NCBI GenBank assembly: GCA_030704615.1
Contig: CM060731.1
Coordinates: 1,488,001-1,552,000 of the forward strand
Length of the DNA stretch: 64,000 nucleotides
Source of the DNA: Takakia lepidozioides
Taxonomy: Eukaryota > Plantae > Bryophyta
Direction of reading: 5' to 3'
This document shows, in pieces, positions 10,833-22,092 of the stretch. The number at the start of each line of letters is the position of its first letter. Within the stretch, counting starts at the first letter, position 1. Under the pieces are notes generated by a model. That model was not told the DNA's origin, searched no databases, and saw nothing but the letters and a program-made list of their open reading frames with translations. Position numbers and translations under genes: made by a program.

Positions 10833-13624
10833 ATGGAAAGTAGAGGCAGAATGGAGGGCAAGCAAGGCTTCACAGCGAGCCAGTCTACCCAGATCAGAGG
10901 GGTGCTGTCAGTTTTGCAGTGGTGGGGTTTCAACGTGCTCGTCATTATTATGAACAAGTGGATTTTCCAGGTTCATGGCTTTGCTTTTCGATTTCGGGAT
11001 TTTTTGGCCGATCGCATGTCGGGCTCGAAGATTACGCTGTCCGATGTTGCAATAGTCTTAGAAGTGGTCAGGTCTGAAGGGAGATTCTGTTTGCGTGAAC
11101 TCAAACCATATACACCCTCTGCAATAACCTATATTATCGCCTATCGATTGCCCCGTGTCCGGCGCCTGGGAGAGTATATAAACGAGCGGCACCACACGTA
11201 TGAATGGAGGAACTTTGGGGAACGAAGTTCCTCCGGGGAGCCTTGTCGCGCGTCATCCAAAACTGTGCCCCCAGCATGTTATGGCAGCGCATGCTGCATT
11301 ATTCTTGATTGGGGTATAAATTCTCCTCTTGACGGTCAGTTTGACAAAGCTGTTGTCCTTTTGGCATCTGCGGGCTGGAAGCCCTGTTGAGGAGGCCCGA
11401 AGGGGCAACAGCTAAACCCCGTTAGGCTGCTCTCGATGGGCTTATTTAACGAAAGAGAGAACTATGGGGATCAGTACTCGTAGTTTAGTGAGAGTGGTGA
11501 CATGCTAGGCACTATCATTTCAGAAAGCCAGTTAGAGGAGGAAGCTGGTCGGGAAGCACACCCCTCATGGAAATTGACAACTGATCAGGGGCGGGGGGTG
11601 TGAAATGTGGATGGGAGAGCAGAAACTGGATTTCAAGTTCCCTCTGACTGTGTCAACAGTGCACTTCATTTGTTCAGCAATTGGTGCACACATAGTCATC
11701 AAAGTGTTACGCATGAAGCCCTTAATTGAAGTCAACCCAGCAGATCGATGGAGCTGCATTTTGCCCATGTCATTTGTTTTTTGCATCAACATTGTGCTGG
11801 GAAACGTGAGCCTGCGATACATCCCGGTCTCCTTCATGCAGACAATTAAGTCCTTCACACCTGCCACTACTGGTGTGCTTGCCTCTCCCTTTCTATGTTC
11901 TTCCTCTCTCTGATTTTACTCTCTTGCATGAAACGAGAGTTTTGTGCAACTTAAATGAGGCATACGAAGTATACCTTTTCTCCAGAGTGATTCTTCGGTC
12001 TTTTGTGGAAGTCCAAGAAAGGGGTCCTTCACACACTATCCGTAATGGCTAACAAGGCCAATTTCCATTGCTTATATTTAGGATTGAATGTTCACCGATA
12101 TTTCTGAGGTTTATTGTTTATGACTGTAGCAGTCAAAGGTGTACCCAGGCGCATCCAACTGTGCATTGCTCGTATTTTGGTAGTGACTGTGGTCTCATGC
12201 CAGGATGGTAACTTCAGTGCGTGCATACTGACATACCAGGTCCATCACCAGTCTGGATCAGAGAAACAGAGGCACCTGTGCGAGCAATTTAGTGGAGATG
12301 GCATCTAATTCTATATGTATGATGGGTGTCGTTAGTTATCTCTTTGGTTGGGGGTGTTGTCATCCAAACAGTGCTATTACAGTGGTTACTTTGGGGCAAG
12401 ACATTTGATCGGCGGATCTGGCTCTCGCTGCTGCCTGTGGTGGGTGGCATTATGCTCACCTCCGTTACCGAGCTCAGCTTTAACCTGAGAGGATTCTTGG
12501 CAGCATTCATAGGTTGCCTTGCAACTTCTACCAAGACTATTTTGGCAGAGTCCCTACTTCATGGCTATAAATTTGACAGGTGAGTCTCCACTAGTACCTG
12601 CCCATTATTTTAGACCTCTAGCCTTCAGCTTAGACGCTTGCTTGTGGCTGACAATGTACTAAGACTCCAGGGGAGAGAGAGAGAGAAGGGGGAGGGATGG
12701 GGGCATTGGGTTATTGACAATGGTTGACCACTAGGATGAAGACTACACGTGTTGTATCTCTGACAAGTGTTGAACTTATGGTGACATGTGGGCAGCATAA
12801 ATACGGTCTACTATATGGCACCGTATGCAACCTTTATGTTGGCGATTCCAGCTCTTCTGCTGGAGGGGTGGGGGGTGTTGCAATGGGCAGAGGCTCAACC
12901 GTCATTATTTGTGCCTCTGCTGATAATTATCTGCTCCGGGGTGTCAGCATTCTGTCTCAACTTCTCAATCTTCTATGTCATCCATGCCACCACGGCTGTA
13001 ACATTCAATGTTGCTGGCAATATGAAGGTAGGTGTTATTCTCCTGTTGGTTCAACTAGTTTTGGGTACTATTCTCTTTCTTGTAGTGTGTCAGGCTAGTC
13101 TGAAACAGAGAGATATTAGATGTCGGTGGAAATTGGAGACAAAATGAATTTTTGCTTCTGGCCCAACTCCCTTCCTGAGTCCTCTCCGGTCGTTTTTCCA
13201 TCAGGTGGCACAAAGATGCTCTGGAAAAACTTCTTATGAGCTATCAGCATGACCTGCCCCTTCGGTAATGAAGCTTGTCAGAAGGTGTTGCCATGCCAAG
13301 TTGTATCCGTCTCCGCATATTGATGCTTGGTCTTGCATGGTGTACATATGCAATTTCATCATTTGTGCACCCTGTGTTTGACAAGGGAATTGGTGGTGCT
13401 TGTTTATGTAGGTGGCAGTGGCCATCGTCATGTCATGGCTCATCTTCAGGAACCCTATCTCCATCATGAATGCAGTTGGCTGCATTATTACGCTGGCCGG
13501 CTGTACCTTCTATGGTTATGTACGCCACAGACTTGCCCAACAATCAGCTAAAATCCTCAGTAATGAACGACACAAGATTGACCTCCTTCCTTTGGTGGAT
13601 GTGGAGAAAGCTAATGAGCTCTAG
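10833..13624 (+). CDS. UDP-GALT1: Golgi nucleotide-sugar transporter, UDP-galactose transporter 1/GONST5-like (TPT family); 5 exons
   Basis: Exons 10833-10970, 11623-11872, 12372-12579, 12796-13027 and 13412-13624 join in frame through GT-AG introns. Peptides LQWWGFNVLVIIMNKWIFQKLDFKFPL, NVSLRYIPVSFMQTIKSFTPATT, STKTILAESLLHGYKFDSINTVYYMAP and VTFNVAGNMKVAVAI match the plant family. Confidence 0.93.
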
Positions 13625-15407
13625 AGGCTTTGTAAAAGTTATACCCATATTTATTTCTCTCCCTCTTTTCCTCTGTCAAAGTAACTTATCTCCCTTTTCC
13701 AGCATCAGTGTTTGCTGGCACTCAAATTGCATCACAAAATGAATGTTGTGAGTAAAGAGGTACGGCTGAGCATCTCAATATGCTGAGAGAGTTCTATGAG
13801 GTCCGCTAGTCACAAATTTATGCATAACAGGGTTTGTCCAGCTAGAAGAGTGAGAAAGCAGAGTTACCTGAACTTCCAAAAACCATTCAATTCTTGTTGT
13901 GCATAGGGGAACCAGAACACTTCCTCTAAGACCAACAATATTTTTGGATACCCTAGGTACATGAAAGTGAAACCAAAACAACGGGATACAAGCTTGTGTT
14001 AACGCAATGTTGCTCGGCTGCACGTCCAGAGCCTTCAGAGCTCCCTCAAAACCTTCAAATTCGCAATTCTACATGGAAAAAATGACACAAGAATGCAGAA
14101 ACATACACTTCAAGTACCAGATTTGTTTCTTGGAGGTCATGTCTGTACAACACTCGTTTCATTGCTTGTTCGCTGTTGTACTGGTTTTTGAATTTGTAGG
14201 ACCTGGAGATTCCTTTGTCTCTCTCAAACTCCTTGAAGAAACAGTTGTTCTAGACAGCGAGCTTCCATCTCCTGATATAGGCCTCCAGTGTGATCTGGGG
14301 GCAAGCCATCTGGATTTTGTAGTCTGCCATTGACTCCCCAAGTGCAGCCACCGCTCGTTTTTCCAACTGCAGCAAGAAAGATCATAAGAATTTGGGAGAG
14401 AGCACGGAGCAGCACAAGCATTTGAAAATGGTTTTGTGGAAACCTTACCTGGCCCCAGAAGGTTGCTTTGTGTAGCCACTGGTCGAATGTGTGGTCGTTA
14501 ACAGCTTTTATTGCTTGTGTCTTCGAGTCCCTCTCAGGAGATGAGAACATGTTGGTATCTCTCACAAATGGATCGGAATTCCAGATCTCCAACCACCTGA
14601 TTTTGGTTGCATTGTCCACCATTGAAATGGAAAGGCGATGCAGTTTCTCTTGGATCATTTCTGGCTTGGAGCCATACTTGTCATAATGTGCTTTCACCTG
14701 TTCCAGAAATTCCGTGCCAAGACTTAGATCTGCTATGCGGATGTGTTTGTCGAACGCACTCATGAGGTTCTTCTTTTGATTGTTCATCTCGAATTTCATA
14801 ATGTCCTCAAGCCCAGTTGCAGACCTTTGCTCTTCTGTGTGGGAAGCATAGTACTCTGCTTTCGCTTTCAAACCAGTTTCTGCTATTTCTTGCTGCATAC
14901 ATTACATGGAGAAAGAATCAAACACTGCCGTTTCTTGATAAAATTTGCAGTAACAACAATCAAACAGATGTCAAGAAGCTTACCGTGTACATGTAGTCAA
15001 GAAAAGCCTCCCTTGTCAGGCTGTACCATGTGCTTGTCTTCTTTTCAGCACACCTCTTCATCTGTTGAGGACTGAGCACGTACGTGAATGACTCCAGTGA
15101 TATCAGCCCTATCTTCTAGATACGGAATAGAGTGTGGCAGAGATTGGTCGTCACATGGGAGGTTTCATTGGACCTGGAAAAACCTTCAACTCATAAGATG
15201 ATTTCTAATTGTGCAAACGCAGATCGGAACGGGAACAATGTTGGTAACTTACTTGTTTATGTCGTGCATGGCTGTCAAGAGCTGCGTGACACGTCCTTTG
15301 TGGTCGAGTACCATGGAAACCACGCTCCAGTGCCATTCGATCTCGTCCGAGTGCAACTATCTTTCAGGGTCTCATCCTTATATCAGCTGTGTTTTTTTGC
15401 CTTGCAG

Positions 15408-16390
15408 CATATGTCCATTGAGGAGATGGCGGACATGCCATCTTGCAATCTAGCGGAGACAGTGCACAATGCCTGGTTGCAGCAATCCGGCAAAAAAAGA
15501 AGAGATTTGTATGCGGCTACGGCCGATGACCTTATCCGTGCTCTGCAGCAGCAAACTAGATACAAGTCATTCTTGAGGGGTGGCCTTGGAGGCAAAGGCC
15601 CGGATAGGAGCGAGTTGATGTGGCGGGTAGCCAGAAGATCGGGGGATCCCAGCAAAATAGCGCGGGCAGTAAGCATATGTGCAGATGGCACCCCTCTCGT
15701 GGGAAGACTTCCCCATCTGGAAGGCGAAGAGAGATTCGGGTCTTGCAAACGGAAATTGGATACCCCTCCCGGATCGGACGCAGATTCCCATAGGGTGGAC
15801 AGGGTCAACTTCTCGACGCCACGTGTTCCCTTGGATCAGAGATGGAATTGCAGAACATCCACAGGTGAGGGCCATTCTGCCCCAGGCCGGACCCCTGCAT
15901 CAAGCACTGTCACTGCAAAGACCAGAACATGGTGCCGCATGTAATAGAGTCCATGTGCTTGGACGAGGTTTGACATATAGAACGCACAAGTGCTGGATCG
16001 CGTGTGAAATGCGCGGTGATCAAGGCCACCAATCATGAAAAATGTACATCATTAATATCCAAAGGGAAAGAACGCACTGCAGCTCCTACATTCACTGGTT
16101 TGTTTCTCCCTTACGGCCCAGGAGAGGCAAAGAACCACAAGTTCTAGTTTTGCGCTGACGATTGCGGGAGATGTGTGCGTGGGACAGTGAGGCCCTCCGT
16201 GGTGAGGAAGCCTACTCCACCAACCGTGTGGCCTGTGAAGATGGGCACAGGTCTCACTCACCAAGAGATCGCAATGCTGGAAGAGGCGGGTTTCTCCCTA
16301 GCCAGACATTCCATTACACATGAAGGTGCTTCAAGTACAAGCGGTTCACGGGTACCTCCGCCTGACGCTCACTTGTGGCCAACCAGACTC
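15408..16390 (+). pseudogene. Displaced second exon of the MULE transposase (carries the putative catalytic E)
   Basis: Starts after a tttttttgccttgcag acceptor with HMSIEEMADMPSCNLAETVHNAWLQQSGK (MULE-type N-x-A-E-x-x-H/N motif). Ends WPTRL, which would continue as NGKLVRRFP at 20678. Confidence 0.7.
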
Positions 16391-16856
16391 TTTCCCATAA
16401 ATGTTTTTGTGGAGGCCTTTTTGGATAGCTTGAACTCAAACTCCCTATTTACATCCCGCCAGCATGCATCCAACTTTGCTCTATGTCCTCTGTTACAATA
16501 CACTCCTCTCCTTTCGTGTTCAGAGTGGATACATAGAACACTGCAGATCCCTTGACATAGCCGTGAACAAAATCGTTCTTCAACTTCGTGATGTCGTTCC
16601 TCAATGCGGGTCGAACCGCGGGCATGGAGATCATCCTGCATAGTGGGATAACCAGGTTTCCGCCGGGATCCTCCATCGACAGAATCACCTTCGAGGAGTT
16701 CACTTTCCTCCTCGACCTTGTCTTCATAGTGTCCCTCAAATGACTCTTTCTCACCATCACCTTCTGCCACTGCCGCATCTCCCCCCACTGATTTACTTTT
16801 TCTTTTCCTCTGCAGAGAATGAATATCCCTGTGAATGACAGATTGAGCTCCCATGG

Positions 16857-17430
16857 ATCAACCCTGCGTTGACGCAAGGTTGATTGATGGGGATGTAGCT
16901 TAGTCTGAAATGCATACCGGAACAGTCCATTGAACCCACTAAATGCTTTGCGTTGACACAGGGTTCTTTTGGGGGCTTCAGATAATCGACTTTCCCTATT
17001 TTGCGGTTCCTGGTGCGGGACTTCGGATGCTGGGAGTGGCATCAAAATCAGCCTCACGTCAACGCAAGGTTGATTTGAGTGGTGAATCTGCTTCATTTCA
17101 CCTTCATAAACATATACTTTGGAGGTCGACATCAACCTTGCGTTGACGCAAGGTTGATGTCGAGCTCTCAGATTGGTGTTCAACAAACAAAAAATCAAAT
17201 GGAAAAGCACATTGCAACCTATGGTTTATTCTTGGCACTTGATGATGCATCGGGAGCATTCAACAGTTCCATGGCTGCCAATCGGATACGGGAGGTAGGA
17301 ATGAACAAAAAAAGCACACGAATCAACCTCGCGTCAACGCAAGGTTGATTCGAGTGCAACATCTGCACTCGTTTCATGCCCAGAACATACACTTTGGAGG
17401 TCGACATCAACCTTGCGTTATTGTCGACCT
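16857..17430. repeat. Array of ~22-38 bp palindromes AACCTTGCG-TTGA-CGCAAGGTT, partly within a ~270-bp tandem duplication
   Basis: Copies at ~16857, 16945, 17047, 17126 (tcgacatcaaccttgcgttgacgcaaggttgatgtcga), 17320, and a half copy at 17401. The segments at ~17110-17275 and ~17385-17545 are duplicates. Confidence 0.88.
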
Positions 17431-18618
17431 CTCTGATTAGCATGGAACAGACAAAAACAAAAAAGGAAAAAAGAGGGTTGATAGTCACCTCCGGTTTCTT
17501 TTTTACACTTGATGATGCTCCTGAGGCATTCAACTTTTCCATGAGGTCTGGAGGCAGCATGCTTCCAAGGAGGTCCCGATGGTGCGAAAAAACGGCAGAC
17601 GGCAGCGTTTCTGCGTCCATCTCTCCTCCCCGCTCTCTCAAGACCTGGTTCTCCACTCGCAGTGCTTCCTCCCGAGCCCAGCTGACTTCCTCGTCCTCCC
17701 CCCCTTCTATTGGAGGTTGCTCTTCGGTCGCCTCCGAGATCACTTCAAGACCTTCCTCTCCAAACTGTGGTTGCAGAATCGGGTTTTGGCCTTCGTCCTC
17801 ATCTCCACCGGAGGTTTCTTCTCCCATTCTAAGTTCCCGTCTCGCCTTCCTCATCCTCTCCTTAGCACGTGCCCTGTGCTTGTTTGATGTGAAATAAAGT
17901 GTTCTTCGATGTTTTTTTCTCCCTCGGGATGGGGTCACCGTCTCTGCAGAATCCAAGGTTGCAATGACAATAAGACGAAGAAGGAAAAAAGGGGGCTACG
18001 GGAGGTTCACCGCAAGGCCTTCCACGCCAAGATGATCGCTCGGAACGACCTGTGCGCCACATGCATGGCGAACACGTGTCCATCTAACCGTTATGAATAT
18101 CTCCGAAAATCATTTTTTTCTCATCCACCGAAATTCGTTCGGGTCCACCTCTCATCCGAAAAAGTTCATTGTTGAATAATAGCTTTTGGGATGTTTCAGA
18201 GGACTGTGAAGTATGTACAGTTGTACAGCGGTGTAGGTGCCGTTAAAATTGAGTAGAAATGGGCATCTCATCTGGACTCTCTGACATGACAGCCAAATGG
18301 CGGCTCTGTTAGTCAATCTTGCTGAGTTGGTTGTCCAATGCACTGGTGGGGCACCTGTGAGAAAACAGTTGGATTCTTTGATTAGGGCTGACATTATCCA
18401 CTCCGCATTTGGGCACTCTGTGACCATCCACTTGGGTTCGCATGGGGACACATTTCTATGATGTGCCAAACCGCGTTAGGAGACCTGCAAGCGGGAGCGA
18501 CACCTGCAATTGTGTGTAAGGACGTCTTCTATACAACCAAAAAACTCCACTCTAGTACAACCTGCAATCAGAAGCAACGTCGGACTGTGAACTGTGCATT
18601 TTGAAGCAACATTGACAG

Positions 18619-21010
18619 ATGGCCTCCCAGCCCATGGGCTCCCTTGACGCGGACTTCTTCAGTGAGGACCACCCTGTGCCATTTTCTTACGAGGTGGAAG
18701 ATGACGGTTTTGTGGTGGTGCATGAACACTGCTCGCAACGCAGTTTTGGTTGGAAAATGGAACTCTATTCCTTGAAAGGGAAGTGTACGATGCCAATGGA
18801 AAACTGCTCAAGTACGCGTTCCAGAAACCTTCGCATACTGCACCAACCACACAATGGAGAGTGACTCCATGCAGATACAGGGTGCTCAGTGCTCCTCGGA
18901 GACAGTCTGCAGGATCGTTCGTTACTCCTGGCACGGCAGCATCAGTGGCCCAGGAGAAAACACCCATGGTTGTCAAGAAGGAGTCAAGTACCGTTAACAC
19001 TGTAGTTGAGCTTTCGGACTCATCCTCCGATGACGCCTGTGAAATACCGCCCGTGGATCAGCCATGTCCACATCAGGAAGCAGATGTGGAGGAGATCACC
19101 AGTGTCATTCCTAAACTGAAAGCCATGGGTGGGATGGCAGGATTCAAGAGTGAGTTGAGGGGGATTGACTGGAGCACTTTCAATGTTCAGAGGGTGGCAT
19201 TCTTGCCGGAATCTTTTGATAGTAATACTGTTTTTGAGCTGCCTCCTCCTGGTCGCGTGGGGGGCATTTCCAGTTTCATGGAAGGAATGGACAAAAAGCA
19301 CGATGGGCACCCTTGGTGCCGCACAAAAACCTCCAATATTCACAACCACGACAACCTCATATTCAGGCGAACAGTCTGTAATGGACACCTGAAATGCGAG
19401 AACATGAAATGCAGACACTTCGTATTGTCGGGTGTGCAAAACCAAAGCAAATGGGATGGTGTCAGTGAGAATCCATTCAAGCCTAGTGTGACACCCCCAT
19501 ACAGTAACACTTTTGTGTGCAAGTTCTGTAGGGTACTACATTGCTGCCTTACAATGTGTGGCGCCAGAATGTATTATGTGGTGCATCAATTCAAAACCCT
19601 GACTAGAGCCTGTGTCCATTTCAGTTTTCACAACCACCCTGTGTCCAAGGGGGATTACAGGGAGAGCGGTGAGACAGTCTCGCGTTTGATAAGACAAGAG
19701 TTGGATACCAATCCAAATGGAACCACATCTGCAATTGCCATGGGGGCGAGCAAGTCCTTTCTGGAAAGCCATATTATGTGTGCATCGGATTCGGTTGGAG
19801 AAAAACTGGAGGGACCAGCTTTGGACACTGTTATGGACCATTTCTCGACTTTGACTTCTCCAAACATTAGGAATCAGGTGAACGCTTTAAGAATGGGCTA
19901 TGGGAGCCGAGGTTATATGGACAATATTATGGATTTGAAGAAAAGGAGCATGTACGACTACATCCAAGACAGCGTTTTCCCGGGGCAAGGAGCCATGAAA
20001 ATGTTCATGTTCAAAATGTCCACAAAAGTTGAGGGCAGCGGAGTCAGCCTGGTTAAACGTATGCAAAAGGGTGGCAATCTTGGCAACTGTTTCCTTATGT
20101 TCGATCACGTCAAGAGGGTTAAAGACTGGACCACAATGGCATGTCATGTTTACGACCCTATGTACCAGCGTGTCATGACAATTGCAGTGTGTGACATGCA
20201 GTCAGAGGACATAGATTCACAGCAGCTCATGTGGGAAGCTCTCATTCATGTTATGGCCTCCAATGGTCTCCCATCTCCCAATTTTGTTGGTTTCATGGCC
20301 GATAGTGCTCAAGCTAACTTCAACGCTGTCCGCATTGTATTCGGGACGGGAGATCCAAAAGTGCCAATGCCTGGAAGAGAACGTACGTGTCTTTTCCATT
20401 GGACACAATCCCTGGACAAACACACAAAGGCAGACATCAAGCCAGATATGCAGAGTATGCATCGTCAACTGTGCAAACAGTACAAAGATGCCAAAACTAT
20501 GGGAAAAACGAATACATTGTTCCAGACAATTCGTGCCTGGTGGGACTCATTTTGTTCGGCATCGGAGGACAGCATGAGGGCACTGGAAGACTGGTTCGTA
20601 TTTTGGCACTTCCGTTGCCGACAGTGGGGAGCGGCCATGATAACGGTGAGCGGTTTGCATTCACATTCCTTTGGGTGAATGGGAAGTTGGTTCGACGATT
20701 CCCTCCAACCGCAGAACACTATGGAAAAATCGAGTCCGCGAGAATGCTTCACGCTCGTGTTGCGGGAACAATGGAAGTGCCTGTTTCCAATTTTCCCAAT
20801 TGTACCTGTCCTGATTTTGTTGGTATGCTTTCAAGTAGTTTGGGAAAGAGAGGGAAGTTCATACCGTGAAAACACCTTTACTTCGTCTTCTTGAGAAGGA
20901 TGGTTTGTGATCCAAAGCGGGACTTCTTCATTCACCAAGCCACTATGAGTTTCAACGAAGTCAACACACTTCTACAGCGAGATACAACCCATAGAAAGCA
21001 TGCACTTGAC
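18619..21010 (+). pseudogene. Mutator (MULE) transposase with N-terminal GCM/WRKY-like Zn domain, DDE core and C-terminal SWIM finger
   Basis: DGHPWCRTKTSNIHN...RRTVCNGHLKC...CKFC...C...HNHP (GCM-like); LMFDHV and FMADSA (putative D, D); CLFHW (CxxH); CTCPDF...GKFIP*KHLYFV (SWIM with a stop). Donor GTGAG at 20646; frameshift near 18750. Confidence 0.82.
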
Positions 21011-21189
21011 ATGAAGAAATATGTGTTTTCCTTGACTATAACTTGTAATGGAATGACTGTTCAAGTCCAATGTCTCTCAATGTATGTCGTCTAACATCTT
21101 TGCTATGCGTGGGTCAATGCATTTGTCGCATTGGTTTGTCATTCTGTTTTCATTAGCAAACACAAGAAACTACCTTCAGATAGACAGAT

Positions 21190-21545
21190 GATCAAATCAA
21201 CCTCGTGTTAACACGAGGTTTACTTGAAGTTTTCCAAATCCCCCTTGTGCCGACACAAGGTTAATTTTAGTTCTAAGAAAACAACATCGTGTCAACACGA
21301 GGTTGATATGAAGTTCTAGGAAATGAAGCTCCTGTTAACAGAAGGTTGAACTCCAGGAAAGCCCGAAACCCTTCATCTGTTTCACCTTCATGTGGTGAAA
21401 TCAGCAGTTGGGGGGCCCACGGTTATAGGCCCACCTTCTTTGTGGTGACGTGGCATGGCCTGGACCAGGCTCATGCCACGTCATCGTTGTGTGAGCGTAC
21501 GCTCACACGCTCATGCGCCAGGCTCACGCGGTAGCGTCGTTGCTC
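21190..21545 (+). mobile_element. Probable right end of the MULE, with subterminal palindromes of the same family as 16857-17430
   Basis: aacctcgtgttaacacgaggtt (~21199), ccttgtgccgacacaagg (~21243), aacatcgtgtcaacacgaggtt (~21283). GC-rich hairpins (gacgtggcatg...catgccacgtc) end in ...gcgtcgttgctc at 21545. Left TIR and TSD not found. Confidence 0.55.
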
Positions 21546-22092
21546 TCGAGGTCTCCGCCTCTAGCTCACTGCCCTCAGACCTGCTTGGCTCCCTCTTGGA
21601 GTCCTAAGAACGCTCCCCTCCAAGGCTACGTCCTCCCAAAATCCTAGATTTTATCTACCACTGACGCCTTAGATAATGGCTCATAACCCTTAGAGGGGTA
21701 TAAATTGAATCTAATAGCTAAAGGTAAGAATACCCCCATTTAAGGGAATTTGCAGACGCATTGCCCGCTGGGTAAAATGCCCCCGCCACGTGGCGGGGCG
21801 CAGATCCGCGCGTAACGGTCCAAACCGCGGACCGCTGCGGTTAACACTAGCGTCCACCGGTCCGTCTCAACTTTTGATTATCCAGTGGGTAAAGACCTGC
21901 GCCTTGCTCGCACGCTTCAGGGCCTCACGCCTGAGCCACGCGGCTAATGTACTTGATCTCAGTACGACTGAAGGTCAACGCTGGGGCCCCGCGCCCATAC
22001 CTTGTGGCTGGGCCACAACTGCCTCCACGCTTAAGTAATCGAGTCCCTACTCTCTAGGCTCCTCCCGGGCTGCTCGCGACTTTGGGGCAGCT

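Larger units (their letters stand above)
14130..17956 (-). pseudogene. Second, divergent copy of the ParB-like gene; head-to-head with the MULE transposase, interrupted at 15367-16390, truncated before the MTase-like region
   Basis: Collinear blocks versus copy 1: KKHRRTLYF/KRHRRTLRKLYF; IPLCRMISMPAVRPALRNDITKLKNDFVHGY/IPLCRMVSLPIVRQALPGDVDKLKFAFREGY; EWHWSVVSMVL...AMHDINK/GWHYMVECVIL...AMADLNS, followed by a phase-2 intron at the same position; STWYSLT/RTWYRLT; IADLSLG..QEKLHRLS..IRWLEIWN/IADPALG..LEKLRHLS..TRWLSIWN; TLEAYIRRW..AMKRVLYR/TLEDYVTRF..AMRIVYR. Contains in-frame stops. Confidence 0.8.

Noticed and set aside
15132-15407. N-terminal part of the 270-aa plus-strand ORF
   Set aside because: It is the antisense of ParB-like copy 2 exons plus intron sequence; the true coding part starts at 15408.
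16857-17430. CRISPR-like array (spaced palindromic repeats)
   Set aside because: Spacing is irregular, the intervening sequences are partly duplicates of each other, there are no cas genes, and the context is eukaryotic and spliced.
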